Of a DNA stretch of 64,000 nt, positions 25,886 through 39,300 are shown piece by piece. The stretch's first letter is position 1; each line of letters starts with the position of its first letter. The position numbers and the translations under genes were made by a program. The notes under the pieces are model-generated. The model searched no databases. It had not been told where the DNA came from and saw only the letters and a program-made list of their open reading frames with translations. The stretch comes from Eledone cirrhosa (lineage: Eukaryota). Where the stretch lies: assembly GCA_964016885.1 (NCBI GenBank), contig OZ024740.1, positions 186,496,001-186,560,000 on the forward strand, written 5' to 3'.

Positions 25886-26457
25886 ATAATTGAATGTTCC
25901 TTTGTAGTTTCATGTTTATAAAAGTAATTAATATATAGATATATAATATGAAGCATTGTGAGATATGTAATAAATGACTGATACGTTTAAAAAAACAGGT
26001 ACAATGTGATAGAAATGTGTAAAGGAAAAAGATGACAAATAAAACAAAACAACGTAATGTTTTACCCAGTATACTTCAACAGGATATTTCAAATGTAAAA
26101 CGAAAACCATTCAAAATAAAAACCAATGTTAGGAAAGCGCACATCAACCATTCGTTTTACATTTGAAAAGAGAGTATTAGCCCTGAAATATCATTTTGAA
26201 ATATACTGGATAATATAGTCATCCTTTGCCCTTTATATATTTCTACTGCAGAATCTTAACAGTCATTTATTAAATAATTTAATTTAATCAGTGGAAATTA
26301 AACTGGCTAATACAAGAGACATGTATTGTCAATCAATCATTTAGATTAACTAGTCAAAACGGATGACTGACAAGAAAGTCATAATAGTGCTTGTTGAAAC
26401 TTAGTTTTAGCTAGTTTTGTTATGCCTGACTGGCTTAAATTATTTATACCCATTTAG

Positions 26458-26648
26458 GGCGGTGGTTTGGCAGTATCGGTAGAGAGTCGGACGCCATACT
26501 TTCCAGCATAGTTACGTCCCTTTACGATCTGAGTTCAAATCCCGCCGAGGTTGACTTTGCCTTTCATCCTTACGGGGTCGATAAAATAAAGTACCAGTAT
26601 TGCACTGGGTAATTGCTGGCCTTGTGCCTAAAGTAGAAACAATTATTT
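26458..26648 (+). mobile_element. tRNA-derived SINE (SINE-A), full length, young
   Basis: Pol III A box TGGCAGTATCGG (26468-26479) and B box GAGTTCAAATCC (26531-26542), body, and attatt tail. Many related copies occur in the window. Confidence 0.92.
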
Positions 26649-27809
26649 ATACCCATGCAAGCTTAGAAAAGCTAACATAAAAAGGATGATTATGCTTAAT
26701 TCTAGCATGGAGTACTTTTTCTCCTAAGCATTAACATTCTCACTACAACAAGTGTATTGAAAACACAGGATCCTATAAATGTCTCTACTGAAGAAGTCCC
26801 AAAACTTCCTGAATTCACCTTGTACTTCTAAATAGTTAGATAGATGGAAGCTTCAGTAGAGAATTGTTGTTGTTGTTTACCCTTAGGTAAGCCATGATTT
26901 GATGGAGAAAACCAATGATGAAAGTCATTCTTTCCATGACAATCACATCTTTTATTTTCAGACACACTAAATCTAGTACTACATTACTCATATAATATTT
27001 ACATCTTTTTTTAAGATAGTATGGTGTGATTTTAGGGATAGTTGGCTACTATGTCTAGCAGATTGATAATCTACCTAGATTAGTGGTGGAGAATCCCTTG
27101 AAACAGTTTTCTTATGATGTCTCTAAAAACTCTAAAGATTTCAGCCTTATTACCAAAACAGTATTTCCATATAAGTTGTACATCTATGATTTTGCAAAAT
27201 TAAAGATTCATTATTTTTCTCAACACAAATGAAACTCCACCAGTTATTGTGCTTATGCACATGTAATTTTCACCCCTCATACAACAAAGGTTCTCCCCTC
27301 CCTGGTATAGAGGGTATTTCAACAAAATCAGCTAGATCTGTCAACCAAATCTTTCTGAAATTCTACCCTACTGTCTGGATAATGCAGTCCTGATAATTGA
27401 GATGGAATGCCTGTTGAACTGATTAACTATAAACCAATAAAGGAGTCTCTATATGGTTACTCAACCTGCTAGATATTGCAGCCAAATCTCCCCCAAATTA
27501 CAACCTATTAAAATAAATAAATATACATAAATCTATGGCTATCACTTGCAATCAAATATGACTTGGTGTCAGCACGCAATGTGCATTTTCCTAATGTTTA
27601 ATAGGTGGCTATCTGGAATGTATATTCTAGTTGTACTAAGTGCACCTTACACACCAACAAGTTCTATGTTGCATTATCATATAATCTGGTTGTAATTACT
27701 TTTTGAATCTAATTATAAAGTCAGAAACGAATATTGAATAAGATTGAAATCATAGTATATATAGAAATAATATAAAATTTGTATGCTTATATTTTAGAAA
27801 TACTTAAAA

Positions 27810-27966
27810 TAGGCAAATTGGTAAAGTCATTAGAATGTTGGATAGATTGCTTTACAGTATTCGTTCCAACTCTTTGCTCTTTCAGTTCAAATCCTACAGA
27901 CATCAACTTTACTTTTCATCCCTTTCTAAGTCGATAAAAAAGTACCAGTCTTGTCCTGGGGTTGAT
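27810..27966 (+). mobile_element. Old degenerate SINE-A
   Basis: cagttcaaatcct...cttttcatccct...gtcgataaaaaagtaccagt. Confidence 0.6.
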
Positions 27967-29491
27967 TCTTCCTGTATATCTCTTTCTTACTTCCTCTATC
28001 GCCCACTCTTTATCCTTTTCTTAAAGAAATATGCTGTGTTCTGACCTGGAGAGAGACAGCTTTTGCCAGGCTTAAGAAGCCCAAGAAATACAAAATACCA
28101 CAACTGTGCGCCTACAACTCCGTCAGGAATTATGAGACTATACAATACCATACCATGTCAGATTAATTGGTTGGGTATCGTTGCACAACTTGTGATATCA
28201 ATCGCCATTGATGGTTATGTAGTCATGAACAGACATAGACAAATTCTTCTTTTCACCCAGTAGAATGTGTATAATATGACAGCTAGAGGGTGACAAATTT
28301 GCTCCCATTCACTATTTTTTAAATTTTAATGATACCAGAAAGATGAAATGCAATATTAATTGCAGCATGATTTGAACTTAGAACATAAAGAGACAACAAA
28401 AACTGCAAGGCTCAAACAATTCAGTCAACCACACACCCTGGACTGGCATATTATTTTACAAACCTAGGAATAAAGAGAGAAAAAGTTGAACTCAGAATAT
28501 GAAGCATTAAAAAGTTGAACTCAGAATATGAAGCACTAAAAAGGCAATTTGCCAACATTCTTTAAAAAAATTGTAAGGACATATTTGACATATAGTCTGA
28601 GATAAACAATGTATGAAAAAGTGAAATGATCACATTTGTCTTAGGTCTGCTTTGATTATAGAGCTACTTCTCCAAAGCTAACCTGGTACTAAACAATAAT
28701 AAAAAGCTATGTTGCTATAAATCAGACTTGCACTGGGGCTAAACAGCAATAAAAACAGGGACAACTACTAATCTCTCTGGAAATTCTAATGTTTTAATTT
28801 GAAGCATAGCACATCTAAGTTACAAGGCATGTGAGTTACCTCTAAATATTTGATTAGCTATTTCCTTTTGATAGGTCTACTCAAGGAAAGTTGACCATAG
28901 CAACTCAAAAGCAACTATTATTTATTTTATCAACATTAACCTTAATTCAATTTCGCTTGATTCCTATTCCACTATTAGAATTGTCTATCAGGTGACATGT
29001 TTTTAATGACAAGTCAAGTTCACTGATCACATTTGATGTCCTACAGCAGATTTAATAAATCTTTGAGAAATGTTAATTGAATGGAAATAATTATTAGAAA
29101 GAGAACATGATAAGAATTTAATTAGAAATTAGCATCCAGCATCTTACATTTCCATATTTATTGTAAGATTTCATTCTACTACACAGATGTTTAAGCACGA
29201 TGGTAATTCTATATCGAAGATGTATCATATTTCAAGCGTTAATTTGCTCTTAATGAGATTGCAATATTCAATTTTTCTTAAGGTTAATTAAACTTTGTCA
29301 CTTTCTAAGTTGCTGAAATTGGTTTCAGTGATTGATATAACAATTATATGAAGTGCTTTAGTTCATAATCTATTTTCTATACTCAAACTCTTATTGCTAT
29401 CCCTGTTATATGAAGGGACTAATTAATTGTTCCCTAGTATTTGTTTCAAGTTATTACACTACACTGTGTTTATTCACAAACAGTCTATATA

Positions 29492-30665
29492 CAGGGCTGC
29501 TCAGTTCTTCGAGGACATTTGCATGAGTAATCTTAGATTCTTCTTCATGCATCTGTTCAATGAATCCAATGTGTGCATCAATGACTTCTTCAAAAGGAGG
29601 TCTGAAATGTTGGCAAGCCCAAATCAGATGATTTATATTTATTTTGGTCATTGAGCTAGTTGTAGCAGACTTCAGAGATTTTATAGTGTTAAGAGGAACA
29701 TTGATTGACTTCCCATTTGTCAGCACCCTATATGTAGTAGTCTAATGGATTCAAGCCTTGAGAGTTAGGAGGCCATATGTTTGGGAATGACTTGATCATA
29801 GATATTGTAACACATCCATTCTTGGGTCATCATGGCCTTTGAGATGGCACAGAGCCTTGTTGGTAGGTATAGGATCTTCCTTTCCTCACACTCTCTATCC
29901 AAGACCTCACAACACTCTCTAACACCTCCTTATAGTCAGCAGCAATAATCCTTAAGCCTTGAGAAATGAAATAAGAAGGCATGATATCTCCCTCATTTCT
30001 CACAGCACCAAGAACCATCACAATTGCTGGAAACATTGTGTGCATGACCATTTCAGCGACTTTAGTGTCTCTGCCATACCTTCAGTTGGTCCTGATCAAC
30101 GTTTGCCTCTCCAGAGAAAAATTAAAGCATTCCAGGCTACCAATGTTTCATTTTGCTCAACAAGCAGCTTGTATGGATCAGATGGTTATCGTTTGTCTTT
30201 GCAGGCATGAATTGGCCCCTTTGCATCACTTAAACTTTTATTGAAAGTTCTCATGCACAATTCTTTCAATAGTGATCCTTGAAACCTTGAGCTCCTTAGC
30301 AATAGCATTAATTGGCTTTCTGGGGTGCTTAGCGATAATTTTCTGTACCTTTTATGCACACTTGGGTGTTCTGATGGTATCAAAACCATAGCAGGTGTTT
30401 TATATTTGGCTACTGCTACAGAATCCCCAACAGCAACTTCCAGCCTTTTGCACACTTTGACAACAAATGACCATGCAACTTTCAGAAAGCAAACTATCTA
30501 AAAATCACTATGCTCTGCCTGTTGGGCAAATATTCCAACATGCTTTTTCATATGCTTATTTAGCTTGGTGTCTATCATCATTTACCTGAAAAAAAGTAAT
30601 TATCAGAACAAATTAGAAATAGCCAGAGCTATTAAAAGAGGTGGTCCAAAGAACTGAAAACACTG
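29492..30665 (-). mobile_element. Tc1/mariner-superfamily (maT-like) DNA transposon relic with both TIRs
   Basis: TA|cagggctgctcagttctt ... aagaactgaaaacactg|TA imperfect TIRs. Fragments MVLGAVRNEGDIMP...YTYQQGS and ACQHFRPPFEEVIDAHIGFIE are homologous to the 52.4-53.7 kb transposase. Confidence 0.8.
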
Positions 30666-31445
30666 TATCTCTCAATCTGGCAGTACAGATAAAATCTCTG
30701 ACATTTTCACAATATTATGAAAATCTTAAGCAGCAATATCAATTTGTTTGGTCTCTGTGGGGTCCAGTGATGCCTATGCCTCTGCCCCTGCCACTTCCTC
30801 TAGATCTACAAAAAACACATAGTCAGTAGATGTTATTGTTATTTCGGTCTAGGCACTGCTCTAATCAATCAGTCCAGTGATCAAAGATGTTCCAGTTGTG
30901 AGCATTCCATTTTCCTTTTATCATAGTATACCTAGTACTACATATTCTAATACCCCCTTCCTTTTTGTAAAGGTCAGATATTCTTTAAGATAGTACATTG
31001 TAGGTAATATCCATTTGAAGACTTAATAATAACTAAAATTATTATGTGTGTAAATTTGAGTTTCATTGCCATTTTAACTGTCAACATTTTTATTTTTAAT
31101 GAAATTTTAATCATGAAATGCATAATTCCTCAAGCTAAAGATGATGAGGAGTAAAATAATGAACAGCAACTGGAACCTATAGAAAATTGAGCATATAACT
31201 AATTAATGCCATCATATAGAGACGATTCTGCTAGAGCTCCACTCTTTAACATAGCTTAAATAATGTGACTAAACTGTCAAGTGACTCTTTAGTTTGAAAT
31301 TGGAATCAATAGCTTTATACTTTGCATTACAGTATCACCCATTACAGAAGCAAACAGTTAGGTTGCGTAGGTAGAGAGTGAAACATATTACATTGCTTAT
31401 CAGTTCCAGAAGAAAACATATCAAGTATCTACATCAGGTGTATAA

Positions 31446-32694
31446 TCTATATATATAAAACTGTGGTTGTCTGTCTGTCTATCGATTTTTGGCACACATC
31501 TCCTCTTAGAATCTCTCACGGAATTGCACCGAAATTGCTATACTTCTACATTGAGCCCTAGCGAAGACATCGGAAAAAAATATTTCAAATTGACCCACCC
31601 TATGTGACGAAATCGAATATAATGTATCGATTTTTGAGCGTAAGTTATCAGTTATTTCCCTTTGTTCTGTTTACATTGAGCGTCTTACGTAAAAAATTAC
31701 GCTGGCTTTCTCAGCGTTTAAAATGACATTAACACAATACACGAACAGTTGTCATCGAGCCAGCAAAATATTGACCTGCAAAATTCATCAGTTCGAACAC
31801 TAAGCTTCCGTTTTGCTTCATTTCCATTTAAAAGCATTTTAAAACAATATTTTTACTTGAAAACAAGTCTATTTAAAGACTACGTAAAACAAGCAAATAT
31901 TTCGTCGTTAGGCGTGCAGACAGACAGTCGTGCAGACAGACAGTCGTGCAGAGAGGTGATATACGCGTGCAGACAGATAGTCGTGCAGAGAGGTGATATA
32001 GGCGTGCAGACAGACAGTCGTGCAGAGAGGTGATATAGGCGTGCAGACAGACAGTCGTGCAGAGAGGTGATATAGGCGTGCAGACAGACAGTCGTGCAGA
32101 GAGGTGATATAGGCGTGCAGACAGACAGTCGTGCAGAGAGGTGATATACGCGTGCAGACAGATAGTCGTGCAGAGAGGTGATATAGGCGTGCAGACAGAC
32201 AGTCGTGCAGAGAGGTGATATAGGCGTGCAGACAGATAGTCGTGCAGAGAGGTGATATAGGCGTGCAGACAGACAGTCGTGCAGAGAGGTGATATAGGCG
32301 TGCAGACAGACAGTCGTGCAGAGAGGTGATATAGGCGTGCAGACAGACAGTCGTGCAGAGAGGTGATATAGGCGTGCAGACAGACATAATAACTGATAAT
32401 TTGGTTACGCTAATGTTTTTCTTTGCGTTGCAGTGTTTACATTTTCGATCTTTGTTAATAAATAACCAGTGCAGTTTCTATCCCCAGCATCCTCTTTTGT
32501 TATAACATTCGGGTTATCGTTATGTTTTCTTAACTTCATAAGGCATATTGTTGGTTGAGGGAATATTAATCAAAAACACCACATGCAAGTCTGCACAGAA
32601 GACACTACAGTTTTTAAGCCAAGAAAGAAACTTAACATTGTAACTTTAACACAGCTACTGAGCGACCCCGAGCAACGCCGGGCTTTACAGCTAG
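31446..32694 (+). mobile_element. Non-autonomous Helitron
   Basis: Inserted between A and T; 5' TCTATATATATAAAA; 3' GC-rich hairpin cccgagcaacgccggg (about 32667-32682) followed by terminal CTAG; no TSD. Confidence 0.85.
31909..32386. repeat. 37-bp minisatellite, about 12-13 copies, inside the Helitron
   Basis: Unit ggcgtgcagacagacagtcgtgcagagaggtgatata, head-to-tail with no spacers. The antisense ORF shows a 37-aa period (three units). Confidence 0.95.
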
Positions 32695-32833
32695 TATACA
32701 TTATAATTACTATTTTTGATAGCAAAAGAATAGCTATTTACCACACAAAGAACATACCATACACAAAGGTGTAAATTTGTGTGTATATATTTATTTATGT
32801 ACACACACACACATACACACACATATATATATA

Positions 32834-32971
32834 TAATAATTGTTTCTATTTTTGGCACAAGGCCAGCAACTACCCAGTACATTACAGGTACTTTATTTTA
32901 TCGACCCTGTAAGGATGAAAGTCAAAGTTAACCTCGATGGGATTTGAACTCACACCGTAAAAGGACGTAAC
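32834..32971 (-). mobile_element. SINE-A, 5'-truncated
   Basis: aattgtttctatttttggcacaaggccagc...gggatttgaactca. Confidence 0.85.
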
Positions 32972-33045
32972 ATATATATTTAATAATTAGATACACACAT
33001 ACACATGTGTGTATCTCATTATATATATATATATATATATATATA

Positions 33046-35170
33046 TCATCATCATCATCATCATCAACGTTTAACGTCCGTGTTCCACGCTTGCATGGGT
33101 TTGGACGGGGGTAGTCCCACTTGAGGCAAGGGTGATTGTCTTGCTCGCATAGGACTGTCTGGCAGGTTTTCTACAGTTGGATGCCCTTCCTAACACCAAC
33201 CACATTTACAGTGTGGGTCTGGGAGGTTTTTACCGTGTTGCCTACACGGCCACATTACAGCGTGGATTGTGTGTTTTTTTGTCGTGACACCTACACGATC
33301 TCATTTGTTTCGGCCTCGATGGCGCGGCACCAGCATAACTTTACATAGAACGGGGTGGTGTGGATGGGGTGGGGGTGGTGGTGGTGGGACGGGGTGTATT
33401 TTGTTAGAGATGCCTACTGGCTGGAGTAGGTTTTACTATATATTTAGGTAAGACGGGTCTTCTCTGTTACTGAGTACCGCCAAAGGTCTCGGTCCAGTGA
33501 CATTGTCTTGGAGAGGTGTAAGTGTGTGATGTCGGAGTTTATCAGCTCGTCCCAGGTTTTTCTAGGTCTGCCTATTCCGTGACTACCGTCTATCTTTATT
33601 GCCCTGCACTTTGTTATACAGCTATCGACTTTCATGCGCATCACGTGTCCATACCAACGTAGCCTTCTCTCGAGTAAACAACATCTGATCCCTCTTATCT
33701 CTAATTTTTTCCTTAGTTCGTTTATGCTTTGCCGTTCACATATATTACTGTTACACATCCAGCGGAGCATGCAAGCTTCATTCCTCTCTAGTCTGTGTAT
33801 ATCCTCTGCACACAATGCCCAGGTCTCACTGCCATGCAGCATTGCTGTTCGTATGCAGGCATCGTACAACCTGCCTTTCATTTTTAGGGAGAACCCTTTA
33901 GCAGCTAATAGTGGTATAAGCTCTCTGAACTTTTTCCAACCAGTTCTGACTCTAGCTACAGTACTTTCAGAGCACCCTCCCCCACTGCTGATTTTATCGC
34001 CCAGGTAATGGAAGCTGTCCACTATTTCTATAGAACCCTCTGCGCAATTGAAAGAGCTAGTATTTTGTGGGCACTTGCTGCTACTTATTGCACCAGAACA
34101 CCGGCCACATGTAAAATCTATGTTCTTAGTTAGCTTACCTGTGATCCCACTACATCTTTTATGCACCCATACTTTGCATTTAGGACATAAAATGGAGTTT
34201 CTACCTACGCCTTTCCTACACACCGAGCACGACCATTTCCCAGAAGGGACCGCCGCCTTGTTTTCTTTCCTACAAACTAGTACTTTGGTCTTAGCCAGGT
34301 TAATTTTAAGTCCTTTTGATTCTAGGCCGTGCTTCCATGTTTGGAATTTCTTCTCTAGCTCGGCCATTGATTCCGCTATGAGTGTCAGGTCGTCTGCGTA
34401 TAGGAGTTCCCATGGGCAGCCTGTCTTGAACTCCTCTGTTATAGCCTGGAGGGCAATAATAAATAGTAGGGGGCTGAGAACAGAGCCCTGATGGACGCCA
34501 ACTTTTACGCTAAACTCTTCACTATATTCGTTGTTAATTCTAACCTTGCTGACTGTTTCTTTATACATGGCTTGTATAGCCCTCACAAGCCATTCGTCAA
34601 TGCCTAGTTTTCTAAGAGCCCACCAGATAATGGAGCGGGGGACTCTGTCGAAGGCTTTCTCCAAGTCGACAAAAGCTAAGTAGAGGGGTTTACCTTTAGC
34701 TAGGTACTTCTCCTGTAGTTGTCGTACTATGAAAAGAGCGTCTGTGGTGCTTTTGCCTGACACAAACCCGAACTGCATTTCATCTAGGTCAATTCTCTCT
34801 CTGATTAGTTGCGCTATTACTTTTTCCGTGACCTTCATGACCTGGTCGATTAATTTAATGCCTCTATAGTTACTCCTATCTAGGGCGTCTCCTTTACCCT
34901 TATAACAGTTAACGATGATGCTGCTATGCCAGTCCTTCGGAACAACCCCATTCTGTACGACTTGGTTAACTATGCGGGTGACCATGGTGTGTCCCACCGT
35001 GCCAGATGCCTTCAGCATCTCAGCAACTATTTCCGAAGGCCCAGCCGCCTTACCCATCTTCATATCCTTGATTGCCTTACTTATTATACTCCCCTCGACT
35101 AACACTGCTGGTCCCTCTATTGGGTCGATATGGGGAGACTGTCTTTCTCCCATTTCTCCCATTTATTCTC

Positions 35171-35172
<2 letters not shown>
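33046..35172 (-). mobile_element. RTE-clade LINE family 2, 5'-truncated (RT + PHD-like insert + ~400-bp 3' UTR + (GAT)n)
   Basis: Open 572-aa frame 33444-35162 with all RT motifs including YADD; PHD-like finger at 34098-34229. (TA)n lies at both ends (33020-33045 and 35173-35223). Confidence 0.95.
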
Positions 35173-35220
<48 letters not shown>

Positions 35221-35227
<7 letters not shown>

Positions 35228-35551
35228 TAAACAGAAAAGAAAATGCTGACAATGCTGACAATGACAATGCTGACAATGCTGACAATGCTGACAAATTGTT
35301 CACAGTGAAAAATAGTTTAATTAGGAATAAGTGAGAATTAGTAATAGTATTGATAAGTATTCAGTTTTGGTTTTAAGTTTTACCGGTTGCGCATTTCTAA
35401 TGCTTTTTAAAAATAAAAATGCGCAACCGGTAAAACTTAAAACCCAAACTGAATACTAACCAATACTATTACTAATTCTCACTTATTCCTAATTAAACTA
35501 TTTTTCACTGTGAACAATTTGTCAGCATTTTCTTTTCCGTTTACCAATATA
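35221..35551. repeat. Fold-back palindrome (arms about 35221-35396 and 35416-35551) anchored on (TA)n
   Basis: atattggtaaacagaaaagaaaatgctgac...accggttgcgcattt / aaatgcgcaaccggt...gtcagcattttcttttccgtttaccaatat. The left arm carries an expanded aatgctgac 9-mer. Confidence 0.95.
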
Positions 35552-36329
35552 TCATAACTTGTAAATGGTCAGAATTTGTCGTTCCCTGCGAAGTATAATG
35601 TAAACGCCATTTTTCTTATCTCTCTCCAGCCTATCGGTCCATTCATTCATATATCCGTATCATCGCCCAGAATCCAATCTTTGCTCTCTCTCAATGCTAT
35701 TCTATAATTCTGTCTGGTTGTTTCTAAATAAACATCTTGTATTTTAAAACCCCATTATTCGCTTATTATTATTGTTATATGCTTCTCCAATTATGCCCAA
35801 AATTCGAAGATTTCATTTAAACCCTCTCGCTAACTACCCCATTTGTTTTTCTAAAATAACAATCTTGTTTGTTTAATTTTGGCCGAAAAATTCTAGGATT
35901 TATAAAATGGCCTCATGTCCCTCTTATTCTTTACCCCCGGCCCCACTATATCGTATTACGCGCCGGCTAGTTCACCCTTTCAATCGCTCCCTTCTCTCAC
36001 CAAATATAAATTAACCTGTTACAAGGTACGAATCTCAGAATTTGTCAACGCTTATAAATGGTCAGACCTCGTCGTTCCCTGCGAAGTATAATGTAAATGC
36101 CATTTTTCACTGTTCTAAATAAACTCCTCTTTGCTATCCTATAATTCTGTCTCACTGTTCTAAATAATCTTCTCCACGCTTGTTCTAAATAATCTTCTCT
36201 TTGCTAACTACCCCATACCTTTATTATTTGGACCAATCACAAGTCAACGGCCTATGCTATCACTTCTGGCTGCTTTTTGATATGATGGATGGACTAAGGA
36301 ATTTCTGGAGAGTCTGAAGAATCTGGACA

Positions 36330-39300
36330 CTCGATGACAATGCCAAAGATAACGACAAATTCACCTCATGCTGCCGGACGAAAGGGCAAGGCCCCCTCCT
36401 CTTTGTTTCGGCCGCGGATGGCCAACATAATCCCAACCCCATCCCACTCACCCCTCCCTGCGCCCCATCCTCCAAACACAATCCAAAACTTCAGAGTTGG
36501 TACCATGAATGTAGGCACCTTATAAGGCCGCTCTAACGAGGTTGTAGAAATGCTTTAAGGAGGTTGATGTTTGCTGTACCCAAGAGACCAGGTGGAGGGG
36601 CGGGTCTGCTAGATTCATTGTGGGTAAAAAACGTTGCTATAAGCTTTTCTGGGTGGGAAATGACAATGGGATAGGTGGGGTAGGAATCATGTTAGCAGAA
36701 AAAAGGGTGGATAAAATAATAGATGTAAATAGAGTGAATGACAGAATAATTAAAATAAGACTTGTTCTAAATAGAACTACTGTGACAGTAATATCTGCAT
36801 ATGTGCCCCAATCCGGACTGCCTGGCACTATAAAAGACAGATTCTATGAGACACTGATGCTCACTACCCCCTAAATAACCGACAGTGACTATATAATTAT
36901 TGCTGTCGACCTAAATGGCCACGTTGGACAACATTGTGACGGCTATGATGGAATCCACGGAGGCTATGGGTTTGGTACTAGAAACGAGGAAGGCTCTAGA
37001 ATCCTGGAATTCTGTGATGCAAATAACCTCACTATCTGTAACACTAACTTCAAAAAACGAGACAATCACTTGATCACCTACAGATCAGGGGAACATACCA
37101 GCCAGGTAGATTATATCCTTACCAGAAGACGTGACAGAGTGTCTGTTGTAAACACTAAATCCCTCCCCCATGAAGAATGCACCTCCCAACATAGACTGAT
37201 AATTAACGACCTCATAGTCAGGACGAGACGTACTAGACAGCAGAAGCGGACTATCCTCAGGAGAAAAATATGGAAGCTAAAGGACCCCACAGCCAGAAAT
37301 AAATTTCAAAGCATATTACTTTATGCTTTTGACAGTAAGGAAGAGCAATTAGAGTCGTACAATATGGAGGAACAGTGGGAATTCCTGAAAGCAAACCTGC
37401 TGATGGTGGCGGATGAAGTCTGTGGCTGGAGCAGGCCTGTAGGCAGGATGAGAGTAACATGGTGGTGGAACAGTAAGGTGGAGGAGTCAATTAAGGCCAA
37501 AAAGCAGGCTTGGAAAGTATGGCGGGATGGGGAAGTAGAGAAGACTATCAAGTGGCCAGGAGGGAAGCTAGGAGATAAGTGTACTTCGCAAGAAGGGAAG
37601 CAGAGGAAAGAAAGTTCAAGCATGTTCTACAATGCGAGGACCAAAAATGTGAGGTGTTCAGGATTGCTAGGCAATGTGTCAAGGAAAACCGTGATATTGT
37701 TGGGGAGAAGTGTGTACTTAATGATGATGGCGTACTTGCCATCACTGACGCTGATAAGAAGGTAGCTTGGAAGTGTCACTACGAAAGGCTACTAAATGAG
37801 AAGAATAAATGGGAGAAAGACAGTCTCCCCCACATCGACCCAATAGAGGGACCAGCAGTGTTAGTCGAAGGTAGTATAATAAGTAAGGCAATCAAAGATA
37901 TGAAGACGTGTAAGGCGGCTGGGCCTTCAGAAATAGTTGCTGAGATGCTGAAAGCCTCTGGAACGGTGGGACACACCATGGTCACCTAGATAGTAAACCA
38001 AGTCATACAGAATGGGGTTGTTCCGAAGGACTGGCGTAGCAGCATCATCATTAACTGCTACAAGGGTAAAGGAGATGCCCTAGATAGGAGTAACTATAGA
38101 GGCATTAAATTAATCGACCAGGTCATGAAGGTCACGGAAAAAGTAATAGCGCAACTAATCAGAGAGAGAATTGATCTAGATGAAATGCAGTTCGGGTTTG
38201 TGTCAGGAAAAAGTACCACAGACGATCTTTTCATTGTACGACAACTACAGGAGAAGTACCTAGCTAAAAGTAAACCCCTATACATAGCTTTTGTTGACTC
38301 GGAGAAAGCCTTCGACAGAGTCCCCCATTCCATTATCTGGTGGGCTCTTAGAAAACTAGGTGTTGATGAATGGCTTGTGAGAGCTATACAAGCCATGTAT
38401 AAAGAAACAGTCAGCAAGGTTAGAATTAACAACGAATATAGTGAAGAGTTTAGTGTAACAGTTGGTGTTCATCAGGGCTCTGTTCTTAGCCCCCTACTAT
38501 TTATTATTGCCCTTCAGGCTATAACAGTGGAGTTCAAGACCAGCTATCCATGGGAACTCCTATACGCAGATGATCTAATGCTCATAGCTGAATCAATGGC
38601 CGAGCTAGAGAAGAAATTCCAAACATGGAAGCACGGCCTAGAATCAAAAGGCATTAAAATTAACCTGGCTAAGACTAAAGTTCTAGTTTGTAGGAAAGAA
38701 AATAAGGCGCCGGTCCCTTCTGGGAAGTGGCCATGCTCAGTGTGTAGGAAAGGCGTAGGTAGAAACTCCATTTTATGTACCAAATGCAAAGTATGGGTGC
38801 ATAAAAGATGTAGTGGGATCACAGGTAAGCTAACTAAGAACATAGATTTTACATGTGGCCGGTGCTCTGGTGCAATAAGTAGCAGCAAGTGCCCACAAAA
38901 ATACTAGCTCTTTCAATTGCGCAGAGGGTTCTATAGAAATAGTGGACAGCTTCTGTTACCTGGGTGACAAAATCAGCAGTGGAGGAGGGTGCTCTGAAAG
39001 TACAGTAGCTAGAGTTAGAACTGGATGGAAAAAGTTCAGAGAGCTTATACCACTATTAGCTGCTAAAGGGTTCTCCCTAAAAATGAAAGGCAGGCTGTAT
39101 GATGCCTGCATACGAACAGCAATGTTGCATGGCAGTGAGACCTGGGTATTGTGTGCAGAGGATATACGCAGACTAGAGAGGAATGAAGCTTGTATGCTCC
39201 GCTGGATGTGTAATAGTAATATACGTGAACGGCAAAGCATAAACGAACTAAGGGGAAAATTAGAAATAAGAGGGATCAGATGTTGTTTACTCGAGAGAAG

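Noticed and set aside
26458-26550. tRNA gene
   Set aside because: A and B boxes are present, but the sequence continues into a multicopy SINE body and tail, and I could not fold a proper cloverleaf.
28481-28540. 30-bp tandem duplication aaaagttgaactcagaatatgaagca
   Set aside because: Ordinary local slippage within decayed SINE sequence.
31909-32386. CRISPR-like 37-bp periodicity
   Set aside because: Units are contiguous with no unique spacers, there are no cas genes, and the context is a eukaryotic Helitron.
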